Shown here: piece by piece, positions 46,695 through 56,843 of the stretch
Layout of the letters: the number at the start of each line of letters is the position of its first letter
Position numbering within the stretch: the first letter of the stretch is position 1
From: a virus
Virus record (IMG/VR): IMGVR_UViG_3300025101_000019
Location: 96,001 to 160,000 of that record
DNA: 64,000 nucleotides
Strand: one strand, 5' to 3'
Translations under genes and position numbers: made by a program
The notes under the pieces: generated by a model
Seen by the model: only the letters and a program-made list of their open reading frames with translations
Database searches by the model: none
What the model was told of the DNA's origin: nothing

Positions 46695-47687
46695 TTAAAA
46701 TATGTCGTCCCAATCTTCACCTTCATTTGCCTTACTATAATCAGTAGGCCTCAAAGCGAAGAAGTCTGTATGTGTTTGTCCACCTGTTAAGTGGTAGAAC
46801 CAATCTAAATTAGATGCTTTTTCCTCATCAAAGTCAAAGATACCATTATATCCTAATTCTTTTAATTTAGAGTTTGTTCTTGATTTTATAAATTCTTTTA
46901 AATTGTCTGATTTTAGGTTTTCCAAATCACCCATCTCAAACATTTTGTCAATGTACTTAATTTCAAGGTCAACAATTAATCTTGCTGCCTCTTCAATTGA
47001 TTCTTTACATTCATCTAATAATTCAGGATATTCATCACACATATGTCTGAATAACTGACATCCCATCTTAGAATGTAAAGATTCATCTCTTACAGACCAT
47101 TTCATTTGCTGACCTATACCTTTTAACTTGTTTCTCATTTGAAATGAGTAAAGTACTGCGAATGAAGAATATAACGCCACACCCTCTGTAAATGCTGAGA
47201 ATATAGCGAGTGATTTTCCTACTTCTTTTCTTGCGTCTGCATTAGATTTTAAATCTTCATGAGTATATCTGTTTGTTATACTTGCAAGGTTCTCAAATCT
47301 CTCTGCCGTTGCAGGTTCATGTAAAAATGCCTCAAAGTCTTCCAAACCTAATGATTCGTTTAGATATGAATATGCCGTTGCGTGAATTGTTTCTTGTGAA
47401 CCAAACATCATCGCCATCTGTTTTATCTCATGCTTTGGAAACCAATCGGTAACCATATTAGTCCAATAATCAGATACCGCACATTCAGTTTGTGCAAACC
47501 CAAGTAATATATTACCGACTAAGTTTTTTTCTTCAGGTGTTAAATGTTCGTTCCAATCTTTGATATCCCCTTGCATTGGAATTTCAGTATGTAACCAAAA
47601 TGCCTGTGCTTGTTTCAACCACCCCTCTGTATAATATTCAGGGTATTCAAAAGGTTTAAATGGGATACGATTGTCAAATAATGCCAT
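46695..47687 (-). CDS. nrdB: ribonucleotide reductase class I beta subunit
   Basis: FWLHTE, ETIHATAYS, TEGVALYSSF, RDESLH, DFF. Confidence 0.95.
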   Translation of the reverse strand: MALFDNRIPFKPFEYPEYYTEGWLKQAQAFWLHTEIPMQGDIKDWNEHLTPEEKNLVGNILLGFAQTECAVSDYWTNMVTDWFPKHEIKQMAMMFGSQETIHATAYSYLNESLGLEDFEAFLHEPATAERFENLASITNRYTHEDLKSNADARKEVGKSLAIFSAFTEGVALYSSFAVLYSFQMRNKLKGIGQQMKWSVRDESLHSKMGCQLFRHMCDEYPELLDECKESIEEAARLIVDLEIKYIDKMFEMGDLENLKSDNLKEFIKSRTNSKLKELGYNGIFDFDEEKASNLDWFYHLTGGQTHTDFFALRPTDYSKANEGEDWDDIF

Positions 47688-47746
47688 AGTAATTTTTATA
47701 GATTTATATTATACATTTATGTTCTTGTCGGTTTTAATATATATGA

Positions 47747-49105
47747 TTAAAAATCGATATCACCCGACATTTCTTTATATTTTTGCGCTAATTCCTTTCT
47801 TACTAAACTCTCCCCTTGTTTCATCTGGGTAGTAGTTTTTCTACCATCAATGGAATCATCGTTGTAAATATGAATTTGGCCTGTTGAGAAGTTTGCTTTA
47901 GATGGGAATGTCATTCCATCTGGCCCAAACCTATTTTTAATAACATGCCATCTACCCGTTCCTGCAAGTTTGTCTTCTATTTTACGAGATAATGATACTA
48001 CAAAGTCTGCGGTCATCATTTTAGAGAATGAACCTGCGATTTTTGTACCTGTAATAATATCATCTTCTGCACCACTACGATTAATTTGTGATGCCGTATA
48101 AACGGGAACTTCATATTCACCTGCCATACCACGAAGGTCTTCGATAATTTCTTCTAACTCTTCGTGTCTTTTTTCTTTCTGAGGACCTCTAAGTAAGTCT
48201 GCGTAATCAACAATAACTACATCAGGTTTCTTACCTTGTAAAATCATCTTGTCCATATGGGCTTTTAATGATGTTACACTTGCGGTTTTGGTTGGATAAT
48301 GTTTTACAACTAAGTCACCCTTTACATTTTGGACTGCCTTCTCGACATCTTCCATATTAAATTTCAAGTTTCCTACTGCTACTCCACTTAGTACGGCATC
48401 ATATCTCTGACCAACATAACCTTCATTTAATTCAAGAGTATAGTGTGCTACTATCTTCCCTTGTTTCATTGCGTTAACCCCAATGTTTACTAACGACCAA
48501 GACTTACCAATACCAGGAGGTGCTGCGAATAAAACTAACTCACCCTTACCAAAACCACCTTGTGTAATTTCATCAATAACTTGCCAACCTGTTGAGACTA
48601 CATTCCTAACTGTATCTTCATATCTTTCGGTAATCATAGATTTGTACTCATGACCAATATCAGAATCTTGACCTGCTTTCATAGCAGTATCAATGTTTTT
48701 CTTTATCATATCGTATTTCCCACTTTCTAATAATGGTACTGAATCTAAGATTGCGTTTTTGATAGATTGATTTTTACAGAAGTCAAGAACTTGCTCTTTT
48801 ACAAATTCTAAATCATCACTTTCTAAATGATTCCATGCAAATTTTAATGTATCAACTACCGAAGTTTTTAATACATCTCTTTCTATGGTGTTTATTTTGA
48901 CTTTGAGAACATCTAAGGTTGGCATCTTCTCAAATTCATGCATATACTTTAGGATATTTTTTACTAACCACTCTGCTGATTCAGCATCAAAGTACTCTGG
49001 CTTAATAATATCATATATCTGTCGTGTAAACGACCTATCTGATAATATAGAAGATATAACTTTATTCTGAAATGAGGTACTGAACTTACTTCCTAATTTT
49101 TCCAT
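47747..49105 (-). CDS. replicative DnaB-like helicase (gp41-like)
   Basis: APPGIGKS, YTLEL, VDYAD, TASQINR, KNRFG. Confidence 0.93.
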   Translation of the reverse strand: MEKLGSKFSTSFQNKVISSILSDRSFTRQIYDIIKPEYFDAESAEWLVKNILKYMHEFEKMPTLDVLKVKINTIERDVLKTSVVDTLKFAWNHLESDDLEFVKEQVLDFCKNQSIKNAILDSVPLLESGKYDMIKKNIDTAMKAGQDSDIGHEYKSMITERYEDTVRNVVSTGWQVIDEITQGGFGKGELVLFAAPPGIGKSWSLVNIGVNAMKQGKIVAHYTLELNEGYVGQRYDAVLSGVAVGNLKFNMEDVEKAVQNVKGDLVVKHYPTKTASVTSLKAHMDKMILQGKKPDVVIVDYADLLRGPQKEKRHEELEEIIEDLRGMAGEYEVPVYTASQINRSGAEDDIITGTKIAGSFSKMMTADFVVSLSRKIEDKLAGTGRWHVIKNRFGPDGMTFPSKANFSTGQIHIYNDDSIDGRKTTTQMKQGESLVRKELAQKYKEMSGDIDF

Positions 49106-49110
49106 AGACT

Positions 49111-49142
49111 ACAATATACGAAATTATTTTTTAATATCAAAG
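49111..49142 (-). promoter_or_regulatory. Bacteroidota-type promoter abutting the helicase start
   Basis: TTTG..TATATTGT, 5 nt before ATG. Confidence 0.6.
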
Positions 49143-50179
49143 TGATTCTTAAGATAATTGTCTAATGATGTAAATGAATTTCTTAACCACGAATCTACAT
49201 TTGCAAATGCGGTGTATAATTTGTCATACATAAACATCTTTTTGAACTCTACTATGTTTAGTTGAGGTTGGTGTACATCCATCATTTCTCTAACATTAGA
49301 TGTAATTGATGAAGATATCTCAGGGTCAGATAATTGCATTAACCCATAATTCATATTTATTGTATCTAAATTGTCCATAAGTTTTTTTGACAACTTCTCA
49401 TCACACTCTTTAGAACATTTCTCTATGAATGTATCTAAAGAAAGGTGATTTTCCGTTAAAAACTTCATTTTAGATTCAATTGTCTTAATACCAACACCAT
49501 TTACACCTTTTATGTTATCTGATTTGTCACCCATTAAAACTCTGTAAAATATAAGATTTTGTGCACTTACTCCGAAGTCTTCTTTAACTTCTGTTTCAGT
49601 ATACATTTTCTTTTTAGTGGGTGTATACACTTGGATTCGGTGATTTACTAATTGTAAAAAGTCCTTATCAGATGAAAGAATAGTTACCTGCTTTTCAAAG
49701 TAATGATTTGCAAGATATGCTATAATATCATCTGCTTCTACATAATCTATATAAGTCATTGTTATCGGTAATATCTGTAAGTACTCAATTAGTCTCTTAA
49801 ATTGATTCCTCATAGATACTCGTTGGTCTTCTAAGTCCTCATATCCTGCAAGTCTATTTAACTTAGTTAACCCCGTTCTACCTTCCTTATATCCCTTATA
49901 TACGGACTTTCTTCTGTTTGAACCACCTTTTCCATCAAAGACTATAATAACACGAGTTGGTTTTAATCTTCTAATCGTTGCAGCGGTGGACAAGAGAAAC
50001 CCTGTCACACCACCACAATGTTCACCATCATCATTTAAAGCAGGTACTGCTCCAAATACTCTAATGAATTGATTAAGACCATCAATGATAAGAACTCTAT
50101 CATTGAGTGATTCATTTTTAGTTGTATTATATTCTTTGTTTACTTCCTTAAGAAGTTCTGCGTATTTACTATTCATCAA
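49124..50179 (-). CDS. 5'-3' exonuclease / flap endonuclease (T4 RNase H-like)
   Basis: IIDGLN, VFDG, YKEGR, EADDII, SSDKDFLQL, GDKSDNIKGV.GVG. Confidence 0.93.
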   Translation of the reverse strand: MMNSKYAELLKEVNKEYNTTKNESLNDRVLIIDGLNQFIRVFGAVPALNDDGEHCGGVTGFLLSTAATIRRLKPTRVIIVFDGKGGSNRRKSVYKGYKEGRTGLTKLNRLAGYEDLEDQRVSMRNQFKRLIEYLQILPITMTYIDYVEADDIIAYLANHYFEKQVTILSSDKDFLQLVNHRIQVYTPTKKKMYTETEVKEDFGVSAQNLIFYRVLMGDKSDNIKGVNGVGIKTIESKMKFLTENHLSLDTFIEKCSKECDEKLSKKLMDNLDTINMNYGLMQLSDPEISSSITSNVREMMDVHQPQLNIVEFKKMFMYDKLYTAFANVDSWLRNSFTSLDNYLKNHFDIKK

Positions 50180-51302
50180 AATCTGTTACTTCAACATTAT
50201 CAATATTTGCCTCTTCACTTGATTTCTTGTATGCCATAATATATGAATTACAGATTTCTTCGTAAAGAGATTCTTTTAGCTCAGGTCTTTCTTCGAGAAT
50301 GTCTTCAAAATTCTTTGCTTGGAATTTTAGTTCCTCACCTGTCGATTTGTCAACATAAGTGTACCATGCACCACTTTGAGTTACCAACTTATATGTTTTC
50401 ATCATTTGTAACCATGAACCATAATTGTCGATACCACTATCAAAGTAGATATCATAGTCAACTGAACGAAGAGGTGGTCCCATTCTATTCTTGATAACTT
50501 GAGCACGAGTTTTGATACCAACTACTTGGTCAACCCCACCTATTTTAGATTTAAGTTGTCCCATAGATTTTAGTCTTAGTCTACAAGATGAGTGGAATGC
50601 TATTGCTTTACCACCACTTGTAGTCCAAGGGTCACCAAATGAAACACCTAATCTTGTTCTTAACTGATTTGTGAATATTAATGAGATTCGTTCTCTACCA
50701 ATAAGATTAGTAACTTTTCTCATAGCTTTAGAGATAATAATAGCTTTCTGAGTTGCATAACCTGCTTGGTCATAATCTGCTGATAACTCAACCTTAGTTG
50801 ATGCACCAGCAACAGAGTCTACTACTATTGTTACTAACTTCTTCTTATCAGAACCTCTTACGGATTCTATGATAGAGTCGATTGCTTCAAATATATCTTC
50901 TACGGATTCAAGAGGAACATATAACATCTTTTCGATATCAATTCCAATAGCCGCCAAAAACTCAGTATTACAAGCATTCTCAGTATCTATGTAAACACCA
51001 AGACCACCCTTCTTTTGAGTGTCTGCTATTGCGTGTGCAGCTAGTAATGATTTTCCACTTCCTTCTAAGCCAGTAATCTCAGTTATACGACCTACTGGTA
51101 GTCCACCATTTGGTCTGTTTGAGATTGCCAAATCTAACATTGGAGAACCTGTCGAAACCCACCCATCAAGGTCAGTTGGAGTTTGTTCCCCACCATCCAA
51201 GAAGTAAGCCACCTTGTGGGTGGTCTTAAACTTCTTGTTTAGATTGGTAGCTAAGATGGAAGATAGTTCATCACGAACTGATTCTTTCTTCTTCTTTGCC
51301 AT
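50169..51302 (-). CDS. recA: RecA/UvsX recombinase
   Basis: GGLPVGRITEITGLEGSGKS, IDTE, VDSVA, FTNQLR, TTSGGKA. Confidence 0.95.
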   Translation of the reverse strand: MAKKKKESVRDELSSILATNLNKKFKTTHKVAYFLDGGEQTPTDLDGWVSTGSPMLDLAISNRPNGGLPVGRITEITGLEGSGKSLLAAHAIADTQKKGGLGVYIDTENACNTEFLAAIGIDIEKMLYVPLESVEDIFEAIDSIIESVRGSDKKKLVTIVVDSVAGASTKVELSADYDQAGYATQKAIIISKAMRKVTNLIGRERISLIFTNQLRTRLGVSFGDPWTTSGGKAIAFHSSCRLRLKSMGQLKSKIGGVDQVVGIKTRAQVIKNRMGPPLRSVDYDIYFDSGIDNYGSWLQMMKTYKLVTQSGAWYTYVDKSTGEELKFQAKNFEDILEERPELKESLYEEICNSYIMAYKKSSEEANIDNVEVTDFDE

Positions 51303-51305
51303 AAA

Positions 51306-52067
51306 TTATTCGTTAAATAAGTCGTCAAACGCCTCTTTTACATTACTTGCTGGAGAGGTTGCAGTTGTAGTTTCTTTAACTTCAACTTTAGGTTCTTCTT
51401 TTTTATCAGAAACTTCACCTGTATCTAACCATTCTTTCAACATTCCTTCCATTTCCTCATAAGAAACTTTTTTGAACATATCACCAAGAACGATTTGGTC
51501 TTTAGAGGTTTCTAAAATGTTCTTATCCTCTGAGATAGGTGTTGTATTAGGTTTTACTCTGATGTATGTCTCAGGGTAAGTTTTACCTAATTCTGCAGCA
51601 GTTTTAAATTCTACTGTTACATCTCTACCATTCACAGGGTCAGTTAAATCACCATAGTCAGGGTCAGCGAAGAATCCAAGAAGTTCTTGGTATACATTCT
51701 TACCGAATCCCCAAAACTTAACACCTTCAGACTCTTCACCTCTAACGATGATAGGAACATAAGTTCTCATCTTTGGAGTTAATTTTCTTGAAAGTTGGTA
51801 ATCGTTTCTGTCACCTGTTGCTTTCAACTTTTCTGCAAACTCTAAAATAGGGTCTGCTTCACCAAAAGAACTTGGGCTGATAATGTTTTTACCACCAAAT
51901 CCAAAATGGAAATAAAGTTCGATGAACGGGTTAGAAGGATTGTGAACATAAGGAAGAATCCTTACTTGTTGTTTGCCGGGTTGTGGTTTCCACAAGTTGT
52001 CGGTCTTTGTTACTTTGGTCTGAAGAGAATTCAGACGATTGCGGATTGCGTTTAAATCAATTGCCAT
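51306..52067 (-). CDS. single-stranded DNA-binding protein (gp32-like)
   Basis: VRILP, GVKFWGFG, DPVNGRD, acidic tail FDDLFNE. Confidence 0.85.
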   Translation of the reverse strand: MAIDLNAIRNRLNSLQTKVTKTDNLWKPQPGKQQVRILPYVHNPSNPFIELYFHFGFGGKNIISPSSFGEADPILEFAEKLKATGDRNDYQLSRKLTPKMRTYVPIIVRGEESEGVKFWGFGKNVYQELLGFFADPDYGDLTDPVNGRDVTVEFKTAAELGKTYPETYIRVKPNTTPISEDKNILETSKDQIVLGDMFKKVSYEEMEGMLKEWLDTGEVSDKKEEPKVEVKETTTATSPASNVKEAFDDLFNE

Positions 52068-52106
52068 AATTTACCTTTTTTAATTATTAATTATTTATGT
52101 TAGTCA

Positions 52107-52138
52107 CTAATATACAACATTTGGTTGACAAATCCAAA
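52107..52138 (-). promoter_or_regulatory. Bacteroidota-type promoter for the ssb operon
   Basis: TTTGG-N19-TATATTAG. Confidence 0.7.
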
Positions 52139-52180
52139 TATATTCTTAATTATTTTTTATTTTGTTCTTTTCAGTACTAC

Positions 52181-52188
52181 TATAAATA
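52181..52188 (-). promoter_or_regulatory. TATTTATA motif
   Basis: Recurrent intergenic octamer. Confidence 0.4.
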
Positions 52189-52221
52189 TGTAAAAATATT
52201 TAATAACGCAGTTTATATGAA

Positions 52222-53100
52222 TTAAACAAGATTAGTTAGTAATCCCTCGTTGACGAGTTCCAAATAGTGCTTTTTGTAATCTATATCTTCCATATCACCT
52301 TGTCTTAATTCAATAGGAGTACTGTATTCTTGATTCATTGCGAGTATACGCATTGATTGTTCAAAATCAGGTATTCTATCATATAACTTCATCCCATCAT
52401 AGTACTCAACAAACGGATTCTTTGCGTCCCAATTTGTATGAATCATTAAATCTTGTTCGTACCATCTGAATCTCTTGCCTACTTGTAATGTTCCTGTTCC
52501 TGTTAACCACTTACTTCGAGGTTTACTTGAATCGTATGGATTTTGGATTGGTCGTCTAATATCTTTTTCATAATACCATGGCCACATTTCGTGTTGAAGC
52601 ATCCAAACCCCATCTTTAAATTTTGTTTTAGGTGCATATGAGTGTTTAAGCATTTCTTCATGAACTTCGGAATCAAAATTAGAACCAGCTGAAATGTGCT
52701 TTACATAAGTGTAATATCTTTGAAAGGTTTTGTATTGTTCTTCTAATGGACTATTAATGAACACAAGGTCAATACATTCCCATGCCATTCTGAATATCTT
52801 TATTACATCTTCGTGTAGTATTGGTCTAACTAAATCCCCATACTCTCCAAACTGAACTCTAAGAAAATCTAATTGCTCTCTTGTAAAGTCATGTACTACA
52901 TATATCCATTTGAAGTGTTTAGAGTCTACAAATTTTTGAATTAACTCATCATCAGTATAACCGACTATAACCGCAGTTCTTTTTGGTTGTAAATCAACTG
53001 GTACAGATTTACCACTACCTATCTGATAATTGTCTTTATGAAAATTGTGTCTTATGATACATGATAACATATCATCAAGACCATTATAACTTTTTTGCAT
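52222..53100 (-). CDS. hypothetical protein, weak methyltransferase-fold resemblance
   Basis: IDLVFIN...VKHISAG; canonical SAM motifs not clear. Confidence 0.55.
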   Translation of the reverse strand: MQKSYNGLDDMLSCIIRHNFHKDNYQIGSGKSVPVDLQPKRTAVIVGYTDDELIQKFVDSKHFKWIYVVHDFTREQLDFLRVQFGEYGDLVRPILHEDVIKIFRMAWECIDLVFINSPLEEQYKTFQRYYTYVKHISAGSNFDSEVHEEMLKHSYAPKTKFKDGVWMLQHEMWPWYYEKDIRRPIQNPYDSSKPRSKWLTGTGTLQVGKRFRWYEQDLMIHTNWDAKNPFVEYYDGMKLYDRIPDFEQSMRILAMNQEYSTPIELRQGDMEDIDYKKHYLELVNEGLLTNLV

Positions 53101-53105
53101 ATAAT

Positions 53106-53495
53106 TTAGTTTACATTGACTATTCTAAATAAACTTGTATTTAATATTTTGTATCCATCACCATCTGTTAGAATCATAGAGTTTCTATAACTATCCCAAT
53201 CAATTTTATATGTTTTATCCTCAACACCACCATTTAAGTCTACAATCAATCTATTCAATGCGTTGATTGTGTAAATAGTGTTTGACTCTTTCTTACGATG
53301 TGCTAATATAGTACTTCCTAAGAATTTTCTTTCATTGTTTGGTATGATGTTATAACTAATCACTAATTCTTGTGATGGTTTTAATTTTAAAATAAATATC
53401 TTTCTACTATAAAGGATGAATGAGTCTTGAATAGTTTCTAAAACCGATTCAAATTCAGCTTCATTAGTAAATGTACATAATAATTGCGTTCTCAC
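53106..53495 (-). CDS. hypothetical phage protein
   Basis: MRTQLLCTF...HRKKESNTIYTINALN. Confidence 0.7.
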   Translation of the reverse strand: MRTQLLCTFTNEAEFESVLETIQDSFILYSRKIFILKLKPSQELVISYNIIPNNERKFLGSTILAHRKKESNTIYTINALNRLIVDLNGGVEDKTYKIDWDSYRNSMILTDGDGYKILNTSLFRIVNVN

Positions 53496-53504
53496 CCATA
53501 TCCC

Positions 53505-55598
53505 TTATTTTATCTTTAAAGCTGATTTAACTTTTCCTAATGGAAGTTCTTGTGTACCTTCAAAGTTGTAACTATATCTACCAGATGAATTAGTTCCCAT
53601 TCTAAATTGGGAATATTTCATATCACCTGTTGTTTCATTTATACCTGTTAATCCATATCCCGTCATTGTGAAATACTTACCATCTTTTGCGTTTGTTCTT
53701 AAAAAGAATACCGTTGTATCTGATAAGTCTTTTGACAACTTGTCTTGTACAAATTTTTCAGAACCAGGAAATTGTTTATATGTAGTTCCTTTTCCATCTT
53801 TATCTACACCAAAGACTTTATATAAAGGTAATGTTGTTTTACCATATATCATTTCTTTCTCTATCTCTATTAGTTGTGAGTATAACTTTTTTGCATCGCC
53901 AGATAAATCACCCAATATACTTTTAAGTACGATTGCTGATTGAAAGTTTGTCAATAACTTAGCAACAGTATCTTTTGATACAGGTGCAGTTAAAGAGAGT
54001 TTTTCATATCCGTTATAGTAAAATGCTGGATTTGATATAGCTGAACTATACAATGCTTTTAGTTTAGTATCCACATTAGTTACTAATTTATCTAATACTT
54101 TTTGATTTGTTGCAATTTGTTCAAAAGAATCATATATAGATGGTTTCTTAGCTTCATTTAGAATACCTTCATGTAACCCTGCTCTTAGTAATTCTTTTTC
54201 TAATTTTTTAACTTCAGATTTTGGAGATTTTTTTAATCCCTTGAATATCTTTTTTGAGAATCCAAATAAGAATTTCCCTAATTGAGAAATTTTCTGTAAT
54301 AAGTTAGAACCAATACCTTTTATAAAAGCAACACCCTTATTTAAAAAGTCTCTTAATCCCTCATTCAATTGAACTGACTCTAATGCCAAATTCTTAACAT
54401 CCTCAGTACCCAATAACCCATACTTGTCTTTTAAGAATCCATATATTTTACCTAATTGAGCTCCACCTTCTGCTTTTTTGAGTGATACTTGTATAAACTT
54501 AATACTTGTACCAGTTATTGTACAAACACCCTTTTTATCATATTCAACAGGTAACCCTTCACCTAACTTAGATATAAGTTCAGACGATGGGACATTGGAT
54601 ATAACACAATCAGCAGTATTATCTTTTACACCATCTACTAATTCAGAACGCTCAGTAGCTTGATAATATCCTTTTATATTTTTATGAGTTATAAATGCAC
54701 CTTTAAATTTCATATCATCTGTAAACTTGGTCATACCTGCCATTAATTGTGCTATCAAGAAATAATCACCGAGTGGCATCGTATCTAATTTAGATAAAAT
54801 CTCATTAGGTTTTGCGTATTCTCCACTACTCCCCAATGCTTTTACAAATTTCTGTTTTACATCGTTAGTAACTTTTGGTAAAGTTTCTTCGGTAGCTGCA
54901 TTTAATTGTTTAAGTATACTGAAACCATTTACATATGTTCCCATACATTGTGCAGTTTCCATCGTTTCTGTATCAAAGTTTACATCAGTTGGTTTAGAAC
55001 CTTTTCTCATTTTACCAAATAAAGACTGAATGTTTCCATTACTTGCGGTAATTATATAATTTTTACCAGTATCTTCAGCGGATACATATACAGTTTGACC
55101 ATTATTTATTTTTACTTGAACACCATCTTCAGTAGGTGCTATTTTAGTAAAAGGTCCTTTAGGTACTTTTTCACCTTTTGGTAATCCCATTTGTAATAAA
55201 TCTGCCGTATTTTTAAGTGGTATGAATTTATCACCTATTGCATATTTGTTGTCATATATGGAAGCTTCACTAAGGAGTTGTCCTAATTGAATTAGTATAT
55301 TTTCTTTTACTTTTTCTTTATCCTTTAACTTGTCTTTTTCAATCTGAGTCAACATTCCAAATTTGTCAATGTCTTTTTCTTCACCAGAGTCAGGTCTTTC
55401 TTCTTCTGGCTCTTCTTCATTACCTTTATCAAACTCTTGAATTAGAATATCAGCGTTTGCTTCACCAACCTCATCTATAAGATGATAATAAAAAGATTTT
55501 AAGAATTCTTCAGTATAAATACCTTCAGTAAGTTTAGTGTCTATATCAGACCAAACCTTCCGTAATATTCTATCTACTATGTTTTGGGATTTCTTCAT
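53505..55598 (-). CDS. large hypothetical protein with possible PD-(D/E)XK-like core
   Basis: ETAQC...NTADCV...QVSLKK. Confidence 0.6.
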   Translation of the reverse strand: MKKSQNIVDRILRKVWSDIDTKLTEGIYTEEFLKSFYYHLIDEVGEANADILIQEFDKGNEEEPEEERPDSGEEKDIDKFGMLTQIEKDKLKDKEKVKENILIQLGQLLSEASIYDNKYAIGDKFIPLKNTADLLQMGLPKGEKVPKGPFTKIAPTEDGVQVKINNGQTVYVSAEDTGKNYIITASNGNIQSLFGKMRKGSKPTDVNFDTETMETAQCMGTYVNGFSILKQLNAATEETLPKVTNDVKQKFVKALGSSGEYAKPNEILSKLDTMPLGDYFLIAQLMAGMTKFTDDMKFKGAFITHKNIKGYYQATERSELVDGVKDNTADCVISNVPSSELISKLGEGLPVEYDKKGVCTITGTSIKFIQVSLKKAEGGAQLGKIYGFLKDKYGLLGTEDVKNLALESVQLNEGLRDFLNKGVAFIKGIGSNLLQKISQLGKFLFGFSKKIFKGLKKSPKSEVKKLEKELLRAGLHEGILNEAKKPSIYDSFEQIATNQKVLDKLVTNVDTKLKALYSSAISNPAFYYNGYEKLSLTAPVSKDTVAKLLTNFQSAIVLKSILGDLSGDAKKLYSQLIEIEKEMIYGKTTLPLYKVFGVDKDGKGTTYKQFPGSEKFVQDKLSKDLSDTTVFFLRTNAKDGKYFTMTGYGLTGINETTGDMKYSQFRMGTNSSGRYSYNFEGTQELPLGKVKSALKIK

Positions 55599-55601
55599 AA
55601 C

Positions 55602-55609
55602 TATAAATA
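55602..55609 (-). promoter_or_regulatory. TATTTATA motif
   Basis: 3 nt upstream of the ATG at 55598. Confidence 0.4.
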
Positions 55610-55610
55610 C

Positions 55611-56837
55611 CTAAATATCGGTCTTAACCATATTATCATAATTGTTTCCAATTTCTATCTCGACAGGGAATCCATCTTTTTCCATTATTGATTTAACTTC
55701 CCTAATGTAATTCTCTTCGTTTGCGTCAACATCGAACAGAATCGAGTCGTATGTATATAATATAGGTACTGACTTTTGATTCAAATTGATTTTTGACAAT
55801 TTATCTAATATAAATATGTTTCTTTCTGTTTCAAGCGCTTGTAAAACATAATTAAATAATTTATTTTTATTTAGATTCTCATCAAATTTAATTTTTCTTT
55901 GTAAAATAGGTGTAACCACTTCACGATTTCGTAAGAAATCTAACCATAGTGAGTTTATGTAATCTGATGTTTTTTTGAAAAATGGTATGTGATAGTATTC
56001 ATCTTCCACCCCACCATATAGTTGTCTAAATGTGATTGCCTTTGCTTGACTAATATCTTTTCCATATTGATTTGCCAACCACCCATGTGCTTTCTTATCT
56101 AACGGAATATCTATGCCAATTAGTTTTGATATAAGTCGAATATGATATCCATCGAAATCTAATTGGCACAATTTACCATTTTCGAATCGTGAAATAAATC
56201 TACTACGAGTACCATCATTTTTCTTAAGTGCTGCGTAATTTACTCCACCAAATGTATTGGATGGTCGTGATGTTGTAGTAAGTGTATTATATTGAGTATG
56301 TTCAAGTGTATCTAAATCCGTATAAAGTCCATTCTTCTCAACCCATTGTAATGCTTTCGCATATAGTTGTGAGAATTTAGAAATTTTTGAGTCGACAAAA
56401 AGTTTCTTCCAATCTTCGAATTGTTCGTAGTGTTTCCATATAGGAATAAGGTCATTTGCTTTAGGTGCCTGTCGTCTTCTGAATATAGTGTAGATGGGTT
56501 TCTCTTGTACATCGAATGGTTTAGCTTGCCAAAAGAGTGACATTTCTAAATCATACATATTGGGTAAGAAATCATAGTGATATAGAAAATCTTTCATTCC
56601 TACTATGTAAACTTCTTTAAAGTTGTGAAACTCTACCTTTTCGTCTATTTTACTTGCGTCTATGTTGTTGTAATTAACAAATAGGTCTAATGTACCATCT
56701 GATATGATTAGTGCGGATACTCGTGTCTTTATAGGGTGTTTATCTAAACTCGTAAGTATAGGGTACACCAATATCCTTTCCCGATAGAGTTGGGATATAT
56801 GTTTCTTAAGTTGTTTGTTGCTATCTACAATTTTCAT
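55611..56837 (-). CDS. compact family-A DNA polymerase-like protein
   Basis: TTTSRPS, motif A LDFDGYHIRL, motif B AKAITFRQLYGG, NYVLQA, motif C YTYDSILFD. Confidence 0.85.
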   Translation of the reverse strand: MKIVDSNKQLKKHISQLYRERILVYPILTSLDKHPIKTRVSALIISDGTLDLFVNYNNIDASKIDEKVEFHNFKEVYIVGMKDFLYHYDFLPNMYDLEMSLFWQAKPFDVQEKPIYTIFRRRQAPKANDLIPIWKHYEQFEDWKKLFVDSKISKFSQLYAKALQWVEKNGLYTDLDTLEHTQYNTLTTTSRPSNTFGGVNYAALKKNDGTRSRFISRFENGKLCQLDFDGYHIRLISKLIGIDIPLDKKAHGWLANQYGKDISQAKAITFRQLYGGVEDEYYHIPFFKKTSDYINSLWLDFLRNREVVTPILQRKIKFDENLNKNKLFNYVLQALETERNIFILDKLSKINLNQKSVPILYTYDSILFDVDANEENYIREVKSIMEKDGFPVEIEIGNNYDNMVKTDI

Positions 56838-56843
56838 CCGTAA

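Noticed and set aside
46523-46726. Alternative-frame minus-strand ORF (also 56312-56512 and 62501-62695)
   Set aside because: Nested in well-supported genes with no independent signal
37554-51302. Inteins or introns in polB, nrdA, nrdB, helicase or recA
   Set aside because: ORFs are continuous and of ordinary length with no splice motifs seen
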